Origin: Octopus vulgaris
Lineage: Eukaryota
DNA length: 64,000 nt
NCBI GenBank assembly: GCA_951406725.2
Contig: OX597822.1
Coordinates: forward strand, 99,386,001-99,450,000
Reading direction: 5' to 3'
This document shows, in pieces, positions 50,199-62,740 of this stretch (position 1 is the stretch's first letter; every line of letters begins with the position of its first letter). The position numbers and the translations under genes were made by a program. The notes beneath the pieces were generated by a model. That model was not told where the DNA came from, ran no database searches, and saw only the letters and a list, made by a program, of their open reading frames with translations.

Positions 50199-50758
50199 AA
50201 ATGGTTGTGTCGTGTCTTGGGTGGGTCATTATGCTGAAAATAAACACATGCAGTGGTTCTATTTCACTCCATTTGTCATTCATCATCATGCTGGCATGGG
50301 TTAAACAGTTTGACTGGAACTGATAAGCCGGAGTACTGCACCAGGATTTGGAATGGGTACTTTCACGAGCCACTGGCACAGGTGCCATTTATATGACATT
50401 GGCAATGGCCACAATTACGATTGCATGGGTGCCATTCACATGACACTGGCAACAGCCACGACTACGGTTTCACTTGGCTTGTTGAGTCTTCTCAAGCATA
50501 GCATATCATCAAGGTCTCAGTCACTTGTCATCACCTTCATAAGGCTCAACATTTGAAGATCATTCTACCAGCAACAGCCTTGACTGAGATTTTACTTGAT
50601 TTGATGAGTCTTCTTGAGCACAACATATTACCAAAGGTCTTGGTCACAAGTCATCACCTCTGTGAGACACAGCATTCAAAGATCATGTTATTGACTTATA
50701 ATAAACGATATGAAATAGAACCAGTACATGTGTTTATTATGGGAATAATCATCCTCTT

Positions 50759-52782
50759 ATCATCATCATCATCGCTTAACTTCTGTTTTCCGTGCTAGCA
50801 GGGATTGGACGGTTTGACTGGGGTCTGGGAAGCCAGGAGGCTGCACCAGGCTCCAGTCTGATCTGGCAGTGTTTCTACAGCTGGATGCCCTTCCTAACGC
50901 CAACCACTCCGTGAGTGTAGTGCCACCAGCACAGGTGCCAGGAGAGGCTGGCAGCGGCCACGATCAGTTGGTGCTTTTTACGTGCCACCGGCACAGAAGC
51001 CAGTCAAGGCGGCGCTGGCATCGGCCACATTCGGATGGTGCTTTTTATGTGCCACCGGCACAGGTATCACAACTAAAAATATCTGCATCAATACTAATTT
51101 TCATATAAAAAAAAAATCTTGTAAACCAAATACAAAAGTGGAATATAAAATGATCACTCATTCAATGCATAGGAAGCTTCAATTATAGAACTTTCTAAAG
51201 AGAGATTTACTATGACAGTCTCATTTAAGGGTCTATCTGTAATCTGTTGTCATACATATACCTCCACTTCCTTTGTACCTCCTTTTAATTGTTTTTATAT
51301 CCTGATGAAATCTTTCTCATTGCTCTTTGCTTAAATCCTCAAACTTCTGTGGAAGGCAATTTAATTGACTGTGAAAGTAGTGGACCTTGATGCTCATGTT
51401 ACAGCCAAGTCTATTAAAATTGGAGAGCAGCTCTTCTTTTAATTCACAATAGATGTCTGCCTTGTAGTTTCCAAAAGGGTTTTTTAACAATTAGAACAAA
51501 CACTATTTTATAGTATTACTTCAAATTTTTAAAAAACTACCATTCGATATGTTATACAAAATTCAAATTTTATATCTCTGAAGAGCAGAAGAGTTGTCTA
51601 TAAATGTTTATCAATATATGATTTCATTATAGGGACAGCACTTCCGTGATACGATCATAAGATGCTTTAAAAACTAAATTTAACTTAAAACTTTTAAACT
51701 GTCATATACATTATATTCTTATACTTATACATATTTACATATATTTTTATGTATATTTATATTTTTGATGCAACAATTATTTTACACACGTATATATTTT
51801 TCTGAAGAATTTTCTAATATTGATTTCCCGGTATTAATAATATATTATAAAATATATATAATCGCTCGTATTAAAGATATAAATACTTTAATAGTATTAA
51901 TACTTTGATACAATAGAGCACTCAATATAAATTCAGTACATAATATTCTCATTGAATATATTTAACTAAAGATTTACATATATATATATTATATATGTAC
52001 ATACATATATATACATACATATACACATCATCATCATCATCATTTAATGTCCGTTCTCCATGCTAGCATGGGTTGGACGGTTTGACTGGGAATCTGGGAA
52101 GCCAGAAAGCTGCACCAGGCTCCAGTCTGATTTGGAAGTGTTTCTACAGCTGGATGCCCTTCCTAACGCCAACCACTCCGCGAGTGTAGTGGGTGCTTTT
52201 TACGTGCCACCTGCACAGGTGCCAGGCGAGGCTGGCAACGGCCACGATCGGATTGGTGCATTTTACGTGCCACTGGCACGGAAGCCAGTCAAGGCGGCGC
52301 TGGCATCGGCCACGATACGGAGGGTGCTTTTTATGTGCCACCGGTACAAGTATCACAACTAAAAAAATCTGCATCAATACTAAATTTCATATTAAAAAAA
52401 TCTTGTAAACCAAATACAAAAGTGAAATATAAAATGATCACTTATTCAATGCATCGGAAGCTTCAATTATAGAACTTTCTATAAGATTTACTACGAAAGT
52501 CTCATTTAAGGTTCTATCTGTAATCTGTTGTCATACATATACCTCCACTTCCTTTGTACCTCCTTTTAATTGTTTTTATATCCTGATGAAATCTTTCTCA
52601 TTGCTCTTTGCTTAAATCCTCAAACTTCTGTGGAAGGCAATTTAATTGATTGTGAAAGTAGTGGACCTTCATGCTCATGTTACAGCCAAGTCTATTAAAA
52701 TTGGAGAGCAGCTCTTCTTTTAATTCACAATAGATGTCTGCCTTGTAGTTTCCAAAAGGGTTTTTTAACAATTAGAACAAAC
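50759..52782. repeat. ~750-bp direct duplication (50759-51502 / 52027-52782) around a ~520-bp AT-rich insert
   Basis: Both copies consist of an RTE tail (minus) plus a Chapaev remnant and end at TTAGAACAAACA. Confidence 0.92.
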
Positions 52783-52960
52783 AAATATTATACACAGAAC
52801 TGTGTGATCCGCTGGACCTAGGAAATAGGGATCTTTTATAAGTTCTTTAATCTGATGACAATCAAAATCCCCAGCTTTAGATTTTCCGATGCTCAGCCCT
52901 TGAAAATTACAGTATAAGTAGCCAGAGTAGATATTGTCTTTGTTCAGCAATTTATTCTCG
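52500..52960 (-). mobile_element. Decayed Chapaev3-like (CMC) transposase C-terminus
   Basis: GLSIGKSKAGDFDCHQIKELIKDP...GNYKADIY...LGCNMSMKVHYFHNQL...SKEQ*ERFHQDIKTIKRRYKG...TDY. Confidence 0.75.
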
Positions 52961-53665
52961 GTTTTTGAACAGAAACAAATTGAATTAATGATAAGCAGTT
53001 GCTTTAATAACATTTAATATATTAATAGCATTAATACTGCCAATTTTGTAACAAAATGTTGGATTAAAATGATTAGAATTAAAACCTTCCAACAAAATTT
53101 TGTGTTAATTTATGTTCCAAACACTAGCTTAATAATGATGAGGTTGTTTTATTAAATTCTTCATTATTTTCAAAAATAACTGTAACAAAGGCAGAGAATT
53201 TCAAAAGAAATATAATAACAAAAGGGTTAATTAGGAGCTGATGCCATGTTTTGAATCAGCACTCCAAAAAAAGCAAGAATGGGTTTTGTTTCTAAGGTAC
53301 TAAAATATAAAATGCAACTTAGGTCCTTAAAATATAAAGAGTTATGGTGTATCATCAAAGATAGAGGTGATGGGAGTAAAAATGATGGTGCCTTTGGAAT
53401 CAGTGCTCTAAATACACCCATTAAGAGTTCTAACTTCTTAGATACAAAAAAGTGTCATTATAATCAGGAACATTTTTAGAGATTATCAAAAAAAAAAAAT
53501 GAAGGTATATCAAAATCTAAAAAAAATTAGAGGGAAAGGGCAGGAACCAATGGAAGTTTAAAGTAGAGTGACCCACAAATTATTCCAAAGCAAGTAAGAT
53601 GCAAGTCAGTAAAAGTTCTCTTGCTCAGTGTTAACATTTGATAAAATAAAGAAAAAAAGTCTTAC

Positions 53666-53745
53666 TTTGAGTGATCTCTGGAACTGGGAATAAATCTAAT
53701 ACATTCCCGTTTACAAAAGACTCTCTCAATCCAAGCTCGCTGGCA
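53666..53745 (-). CDS. TRPM: TRPM cation channel coding exon (80 nt): CQRAWIERVFCKRECIRFIPSSRDHS(K)
   Basis: Minus strand ttttcttttag|TGC CAG...TCA AA|gtaaga. Peptide resembles the TRPM1/3/6/7 N-terminal xQKSWIExxFxKREC motif. Phase-2 end joins the next exon in frame. Confidence 0.93.
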
Positions 53746-55132
53746 CTAAAAGAAAATAAAAAGACATAATTTAAGATTTTGCTCAAAGGAGAGGAAAAAA
53801 AAAGAAATCAGGATAAAAAGCAAGCAGCCATCTAAAGGTATACCTTGAAAAACTTGCATGTAGAAAATTTCTTGTTTAGAACCTTTTACAGTTACAATTC
53901 AAAGTTTAACATTTAAAGACAAATAAAAACTGATATAAACTACAATATCCAAAGATTTTCAACATTAAGAATTACCACAAAAAAAAAACAGTAAACAAAA
54001 AATAAAGACAATACTGCAACCCCACCCCCAAAAAGAAAAAAAAAACAAGCACAAAACGTTTAATAATATGTTAAAAAATTGATGTTAGCATCAATGATGG
54101 AGAGTTTCAAAGTTATTAATTGGAATCAATAAATTATGTTGCTTTTTGAAAAACAATCTATTTTATAGATCTTGAAAATGTTATTTTAAAGGAAGACATA
54201 AAAGTGAGTGGAAAACAATACAAAACAAAAGCAATATGGATACCTAATGAAGCAGACTAAAAAGAGGATTTAACTTTCAGTAATTAAACTGCCAGTTAAC
54301 GATAAAAAAAAAAAAAAAAGTTTTTGATACATTTATTAACAAATGATCTTTTAAAAAAACTGCAATAAATAGTAAATAAAATTAAAGAAGTTCTTGTAAC
54401 TATGAATTATTATTTTTTTTATTTTGCCTTGGTTTAGAAAAAACAATCATATATAAAAATGATCTAGTTTTTAAAACAAACACACACACAAAAACAAACA
54501 AACAAAAACGATTCATTTATAGTGATCACATAGTTACAGCATTATGTAACTTAGAACACATCTATATTGTTCATTAAAAGCCATCGCAACAAAAGATCTA
54601 TATTATATGAAACAAGAAAAAGCATTGCAGTGAGTGCAATAAAAGAATAATGGCATCCATAATCATTCTCAATGTGTTCTGTCAGATTTGAATGTGAACA
54701 CACTAATCACAGTTGTATTTTGTCTATGGAGACAAACTTCTTAAGAGTGAATATGTTTGTCATTTTTGCTATGTCACTGTTTTGATTTTTTTCACTGTTT
54801 TCTGTGCATGCAACAAATTATTTAATAACAGAATGTTATTCAGGTAAAGCTTGATGGAAGTTGAAAGTGATTTCTTTTTAAGAAAACAGGCAGGTCAGGG
54901 CTCTCAACTGTTACTTACACTCCTTGAACATAAACGGTTACAGGATTAACAATGTATTCATATACTGTGGGGCTACAAATATTGCAATTCAAATGGAATA
55001 AACTTTTAAAGACAAGCGATCAACAACCCGATCTAACTATAAGGTGAACTGAGGTGAGTAGTGAACTTTTACTCTTAATGGTCAGGTGGACTAAGATGAT
55101 GTTGAATAAACTGGCTTTATAAAAAACATCAT

Positions 55133-55352
55133 AAACCCTTTTATTACCATATTTATTTTGAGATGCTCAATGTCTTTCTTTCAATAACTTTAAATATAAC
55201 AAAGAATTTAGTAAAATAACTTAGTTATCATTCAGCTAGTGTTAGGAACATAAATTTTGGTGGAAGATTTTAATTCAGAACTTATGAAAACAAGATGTTT
55301 GTAACTAAAGAGCCAGAGGCGGTTTCAGCTAAGTAGGTATCGAAAGGGTTAA
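55133..55352 (-). mobile_element. piggyBac-like MITE, family P1
   Basis: CCCTTTTATTACC ... GGTATCGAAAGGG-TTAA. Confidence 0.65.
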
Positions 55353-55723
55353 AGCATCAGTAGTGAATTTGAATTCATGGTAATGAGTAGGCAATTCAAT
55401 TCTGAAATTCAGTTGGCCATCTCTCCTGGCATTTAGCATTTTACCATATGAAATTATGTAAATTTTGTCATGAATATTAAAGAGCCAACTGAAAGAACTG
55501 CCGGTATATACCATGCACAACAAAAATAAAGAGTTACCTGGAAATAGCTAAAAGGTAATCTATGAAATATGGCAATTATGGAAATTTCATATATATTAAG
55601 GTTATAAAGGAAAATATTATAGGAATACCTTCGAGTCTAAATGAGTCCATGTCAATATCATAAAAAAGCAAAAGAACACCAAAACTCTCAGACATACTTT
55701 TGAATGCTAATAACCTAGCCATA

Positions 55724-55955
55724 AGGCGGCGAGCTGGCAGAAACGTTAGCACGCCGGGCGAAATGCTTAGCGGTATTTCGTCTGCTGTTATATTCTGAGT
55801 TCAAATTCCGCTGAGGTAGACTTTGCCTTTCATCCTTTCAGGGTCGATAAATTAAGTACCAGTTACGCACTGGGGTCGATATAATCAACTTAATCCTTTT
55901 GTCTGTCCTTGTTTGTTCCCTCTATGTTTAGCCCCTTGTGGGTAATAAAGAAATA
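55724..55955 (+). mobile_element. SINE family A, young
   Basis: Perfect 18-bp TSD GCTAATAACCTAGCCATA (55706-55723/55956-55973). Confidence 0.93.
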
Positions 55956-56502
55956 GCTAATAACCTAGCCATATTTAGAGAACCACAGAACCCTACAATA
56001 TAAAGCCAGAGGAGGAAGCTATGGTTGGATAAGAGACCTAATGCAAAAGCTTGCAACAAAGTGAACTCTGTTAACATATCCTCAGTTCACCCAGAGCCAA
56101 GTGGTGGGTGGTGTTAAACTAGGCGATACATTGTCACCCACCCAAGAAAGTCAGTAGGACTGGGCTAACATGCCAGGCATAGTTGTTGTTTCTTCCTCAT
56201 AAATTAATAAGACCTTTTGAAAGCCTGTAGAATAAAAACTTTTGACCTTTCAAAGAGCATTAGCAAATTTTTTAAAGTATCACCATTTTACGCCTACAAA
56301 GGCAATAGAAAAAACTCACAGTTCATATATATATATGTAATGCTGTCAAAGAAAAGCAATCTTCATAAAGGTACAGTAGCATGTTGTAATAAAAATGATG
56401 TACTTGGGCCTTTAAGTGTATCCATGTGAATGTATGTGGTAGATTAGGCCACTGGAAACTAACTTGTCTGTGACTACCTTTCATTTTAAGACACAAAATT
56501 AC

Positions 56503-56675
56503 TTTCTTTTACTTGTTTCAGTCATTTGACTGTGGCAATGCTGGAGCACTGCCATTAGTCGAACAAATTGACCCCAGGACTTATTCTTTGTTAGCCTAGT
56601 ACTTATTCTATCAGTCTCTTTTTGCCGAACTGTTAAGTTACGGGGACGTAAACACACCAACATTGGTTGTCAAAA

Positions 56676-56711
<36 letters not shown>

Positions 56712-56892
56712 TAGTTAAACGATGATGATATATACGACAGGCTTCTTTCAGTTTCCGTCTACTAAATCTACTCACAAGGTTTTGGTTGGCCCAAGGCTAT
56801 AGTAGAAGACACTTGCCCAAGGTGCCATGCAGTGGGACTGAACCTGGATCCATGTAGTTGGTAAGCAAGCTACTTACTACACAGTCACTCCT
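56503..56892 (-). mobile_element. SINE family B, tail type 1
   Basis: Full-length reverse copy. Confidence 0.85.
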
Positions 56893-58622
56893 AACCAACC
56901 TTCCTGCATGATTTTAATATCAGAATCTTTTGTTATGTTCTGCCAATAACTTATAAAACAAAAAGTTATATATTTTACTAAATTCCTATAAATTTTAACT
57001 TTTTGAACACTAATTAACACTTTAATATTCAAACTAGCCATATTAGGCCCAAAATATTCTACCTGTTTCATGTTCAAACTGGCGAGATCAGGTCTCTCAC
57101 ACCTGACCTACAATGTCTTTCTAAAAACGAACAATCAGATCACTGAAATCTCAAAGCTAAAGATGATGCATGTTAAGTTCAAAACAATGTCGATAAATAA
57201 GCCTTACATTTTGACAGAGTAATCTGAATGCTAAAGGATGAAAATATACAGGGAATGTGTTTTCATGAGATGTATGGACACAAGGAAGAAAATGAACTTA
57301 TGTATAGAATTTACAATCAAAATGCAAAAAGCAATTAAAATATGGTTTCAACACTTTAGTTCACATGTTTGGTGCCAGACATGTAAGATCTACAGTAATT
57401 TTTCTTGACCAAATCAAAAGTGTTTAGATAAGACAATGGAAGATATACCTGTGAGATTCAACAGTGAATCTACTCAGCAATGTCTATCATCAAGGCATTT
57501 CTACTTATTCTTTGCATCATCTAAAATTAATGAACCCTCAAGAATGGTTTTCGATTTAGACAGAAGGCTAGAAATTTCAAAGTACTTTATTCCCTTGACC
57601 AGCAGAGAGATGAAAGGTCAAGTTGACTTTTGAGGGAGTTGAGCTCAGAATGCAAAGAATTAGAAGAAATACCACAAAACATTTATTTCGATGCTCTAAC
57701 AATTCTGCCAAACCACTTTCCTTAATGGATCCTCAACAATAACAGACAAGAAGCAACCTGACATGGAAATTATGATGATGATGATCATAATGGGATTGTG
57801 TCAATCTTGTCCCCTTCAACAGCAAACAAAACCCCATAAAAAAACCCACTGACACAACACATCAAAAAAAATTTTTGCACCTAAACCACCCCTAACCCCC
57901 AATGTGTTGATTAAATTTTTGTTAATTATATGCAAACGAGATCTTGTATCCACTTTTGATTGCTCAGTGAAAATAATGTTTACTTACTACATCTTATGAA
58001 GTGCAAAGAATTCCAACAAGCACTTCACTATTAAAAATGAGCCAACTTGCCTCCTGTGTCTACAGTATATGTGCATGGAACCAAATATACTCAGTTCCTA
58101 TGCGGTAAAGGTTAATCACAAGCAACACCTAACTAAAGCCACAAATGCTATCACATAGGATCTCTCCAAACGAACACTTATTCTTAAAAAAAAGCAGATT
58201 GCATCTCAAAGATGATTCTTTCTCCAAATACTGAAGTATTATATCACATATGACTGATTCAATTTTAAAAATAGCTTCAGTAAAACATGAAGGGAAAAGC
58301 TTATGAAAATGTGCTTTTTTTCTATTTAATGTTATTTTTTAATCAGCTTGAACCAGACAACAAGATAAATAATGGCCAGACATGCCCGCAACCATATATA
58401 TATATATATATAGAAAAAAAATTCTTATTAATTATGTGATACTCAGCATGAAAAATATGCTTTCGTGAACAATCATATTTAATCCAACTGCAACTCAATG
58501 GCAGCACTTCTAAATCAGAAGAGATTTCACTGCTACATCCATAAAGAACAATGTCTATGAGAGTGCCTGAACAAATGTTTGTTGTTCTGCCTGGAGTAAT
58601 TACACACATATTGAGCAGGCAG

Positions 58623-58653
<31 letters not shown>

Positions 58654-58882
58654 AATGCACGTACATATATACATGCATATATATAAGCGCAATACACCAG
58701 CACACGCATAAATACATACAGTTGCACATATTCTGCAACAGGTACGAACAATATAAAGCTATATGAAACGCTTTACAGCATCTATTACGAGGCTGCCTAT
58801 TCCTGGACTCACTTCTTACATTTCATACTGTGGAAGCTAATAACATAAACACAGTAATGTACATTATCCAATTCAAATGGAA

Positions 58883-59243
<361 letters not shown>

Positions 59244-59735
59244 TCTCTTATTATAAAAGGCAGATTTTATCTGCCTCCCTTTGGGAGTTATACAAATCTA
59301 CAATATAGGATTTCTTCAATTACAATTTACCTAGCAGTTTTAAGAGTACAACGCATCGCGTCATGCCAGGTCCAGTTTTTAAAATTTAAACTCCAGTTAA
59401 GCAAAATTTACAGAAAACTCACATTCTGGTGTGTGTGTCAAATGCTTTTCTTAGTCTGGTTTACACCACACGCAAACGCACACACACAGTGGGCAGCGAA
59501 TAAAATGAAAGTAATTTACTTACTGTAGTGAGTGATTCTTTCACTCTGCCTCCCACTTCCTCTTTCAACACAGACACGCAAATATATAAATAAAATTGTA
59601 AGCTAACGTGCGTGTGTGTGAGTGTGTGTGTGTGTGTGTGTGTGCGCGTGTGTGTGTGTGAGGGTGCGCGTGTGTGTGTGTGTGTGCGTGTGCGTGAGTG
59701 TGTGACAGGAAAGTTTTTTACGACGAATATAAGTA
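59244..59735 (+). mobile_element. Possible Helitron 5' portion
   Basis: A|TCTCTTATTATAAAAG start resembles 60776; no CTAG end seen. Confidence 0.4.
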
Positions 59736-59742
59736 GCAGAAA

Positions 59743-60008
59743 GATAAGACAGTAAGGTGTGATTTGAGGGAGATTTGGCTGCTATTTCTACCATGTCTAG
59801 CTGCCATGTAGGGGTCTCCCTCATAGGCTCATACATACATATATACATAGATAAGACAGTAAGGTGTGATTTGGGGGAAATTTGGCTGCTATCTCTACCA
59901 GGTCTAGCTACCATGTAGAGGTCCCCCTCATTGGCTCATATATATATACATACATAAGACAGTAAGGTGTGATTTGAGGGAGATTTGGCTGCTGTTTCTA
60001 CCAGGTCT
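59743..60008. repeat. About 2.5 tandem copies of a ~105-bp unit
   Basis: ATAAGACAGTAAGGTGTGATTTGAGGGAGATTTGGCTGCT at 59743, 59851 and 59954. Confidence 0.9.
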
Positions 60009-60353
60009 GTTAGGCCTTCTCATGTAAACTCAAGCTTTCTTATGCCTTGAACATAAGACCAAAGTAGAGAATGTATTCTTTTATTCTTCTGCTTTTTCCA
60101 GCCATTGGTCTGTGGCCATGCTGGGGCAATGCCTTGAAGAATTGTAGTTTAATGAATCAACTCCAGTTTTATTTTTGTAAGCATTGTACTTATTCTATCT
60201 GTTTCCTTTGTCAAACCACTAGGTGACAGGGATGTAAACAAACCAACATTCGTTGTCAAGCAGTGGTGGAGGACAATCACAAGCACAGACACGCACACAC
60301 ACACACATACATGCATACATACATATATATATATATGTGTGTATATATATATA

Positions 60354-60611
60354 TTGCAGCGTGGAAGGTGTTTGTAGCCATTTAAGAAACACACAAAAAC
60401 CGTTACATTCACTTCAACATTTAAATTTCATTTGCCAAAATATTTTCGTCGCTTTGAGACCGCGACCTGTTCACTGACAAAAATATCGTGCTAACAGGTC
60501 GCGGTCTCAAAGCGACGAAAATATTTTGACAAATTAAATTTAAATGTTGAAGTGAATCTAACGGTTTTTGTGTGTTTCTTAAATGGCTTATAAACACCTT
60601 CAACGCTGCAA
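60354..60611. repeat. Long inverted repeat: 118/119-bp arms, 21-nt spacer
   Basis: 60354-60471 is the near reverse complement of 60493-60611. Confidence 0.95.
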
Positions 60612-60775
60612 CTGTTTTCGTTCCAGCACACGATCTCAGATCAAGTCACTTGCTATGCAAGTACATCTCTGTAACTATTTATACATTTATATATATATAT
60701 ATATATGTATATTGTTAAAAACAGTAAGATAACAAAAGAAAGAAAGAGACCTCAATATTATGTAAATAGAGGAAA

Positions 60776-61164
60776 TCTTTATATATAAAAGTGAGGTTGT
60801 GTGTCTGTCTCCTACGATTTAGATTCCTAACTACTCCCACATTTTGCGTGCAGTTTAACCAAAACCGGGTATCTTATAGTCGTGATTCATATCGAGACCG
60901 TCTGGGTATTAGCGCGCGTCTACGATGAGTCTACGATTTAAAAAAAAATTACCATCAATTTTTCCCATTTTTAATCCATTTTTGACATATATAAGGAAGT
61001 AACTCTCTAAAATTTATTATTAAATCTCAGAACGTAAAAAGCTACAGTAACACCCTCCCCTTTGTGGTTAGCCATATTGAGATGGCTATTATACTTTACA
61101 TCTCTAAAAATGCTTATATAATTATTTCCTTACAAACCCGAGCAACGCCGGGCGATACTGCTAG
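60776..61164 (+). mobile_element. Non-autonomous Helitron
   Basis: A|TC start, subterminal hairpin CCCGAGCAACGCCGGG, CTAG|T end, no TSD. Confidence 0.88.
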
Positions 61165-61223
61165 TGTGTATATATATACATATGTGTGTGTATGTGTATA
61201 TATATATATATACACACGTGTGT

Positions 61224-61275
<52 letters not shown>

Positions 61276-61340
61276 GTGTGTGTATGTGTGTATATATATA
61301 TATACACATATGTGTGTGTATGTATATGTATATGTGTGTG

Positions 61341-61385
<45 letters not shown>

Positions 61386-62239
61386 ATGTATATATATATA
61401 TTTCCCATGTAATATATTTGGTGATGTATGTTGATACATACAAACATTTGTAAAATACATCTTTCCCTGTCCTTCTCTCTCCCTCTCCACCACCCTCTCC
61501 CTCTCTCACACACACACATCTAATTCAAAATGATGAAATAATTTTTTTGAAATCTACATAAAACAATAAACACACAAGCATGGCTCTGTAGTTAACAAGT
61601 TTGCTTCCAAACTACATGGTTTTGGGTTCAGCCCCACTGCATGGTACCTCAAGGATGTATCTTTTAATAAAAACCCCATGCCAATGGAAACCTTGGTAGA
61701 CAGAACCTGAAAGAAACTCGTTTTGTCTGTGTGTGTGTCTGTGTGTGTACATGTGTATCACCTCATCTTGACAATTGTAAATGATGTCACCATCATACAA
61801 CAGGTGTCTATTATTTATTACCAAGCTTTCATGAAACTATATCTGAACATTGAGGAACATTACCTTACTTCGAAACAGGTGAGTGTTGGCAAAATGAATG
61901 GCATCTGACTATAGAAAATCTGCCTCAACAAATTCTGTCTCTCCGAAGCAAGAATGGAAAAGTGGATGTTAAAATGAGGATGATGTTGATGAATATACAT
62001 TGTCTAAACAGCAAAAGTCTGTTTTGTACACACTGAATGCATTCCTAAGAGATTCAAAGTTTTGGTTTGAATATGTAAATTACATTTTTTCCTAAATTGC
62101 AAGTAAAGTTAATCATTTTGTTCAGCAGAATGTATCTTAAATTAAAATCAAGTGCCATGAGAATTTTTCTGCAAGGTCTTCATCCCCAGAAGAACAAGTC
62201 TCTACAATTCATTCCCAGCCTATGCAACACATCAACAAT

Positions 62240-62740
62240 CTACACTTATGCATAATGCAGAGGAGAGAACAATCAATAAACACAGGGGTCTGACCAGCTG
62301 CTGTCAGTTTCTACCAGTTGCCATTGAGCTGTCAGGTATTCTTGGACCCCGTTCTACTGATTTCCTCTGCAAAATAGGGATAATGGCAACCTGTTGGAGA
62401 AATGAGCCCCAAGGCGTGGAGTGACTGCCGCAGCAAGTCATTGACCATTCTCTGTGGTAGCACAATTACTTATATCTTTACCGCCCACAAGGGGCTACAC
62501 ACAGAGGGGACAAACAAAGGGATTAAGTCGATTATTATATCGACTCCAGTGCGTAACTGGTACTTAATTTATCGACCCTGAAAGGATGAAAGGCAAAGTC
62601 GACCTCAGTGGAATTTGAACTCAGAACGTAAAGGCAGACGAAATACCGTTAAGCATCTCGCCCGGCGTGCTAACGTTTCTGCCAGCTCGCCGCCTTATGG
62701 TAGCACAATTACTGTCATTACCACAGAGCTGAGCAGACCA
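62240..62740 (+). mobile_element. Fossil CRE-type non-LTR retrotransposon restriction-like endonuclease C-terminus
   Basis: AEERTINKHRGL...FLPVAIELSGILGPRSTDFLCKIG...RNEPQGVE*LPQ(fs)SLTILCGSTITVI. Confidence 0.65.
62471..62697 (-). mobile_element. SINE family A, young
   Basis: Perfect 16-bp TSD TGGTAGCACAATTACT (62455-62470/62698-62713). Confidence 0.93.

Larger units (their letters stand above)
44969..53665 (-). other. 8.7-kb phase-2 GT-AG intron of TRPM
   Basis: Donor gtaaga at 53665, acceptor cag at 44971-44969; AA|A forms a Lys codon. Confidence 0.9.

Noticed and set aside
51300-51312. CTGATGA as hammerhead core (also 6678, 31717, 42582, 52573)
   Set aside because: No stem II plus GAAA; two of these are antisense of the Chapaev FHQD codons.
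52060-52362. Recurrent LQLDALPNANHS ORFs as a protein family
   Set aside because: Antisense translation of the conserved RTE 3' UTR block.
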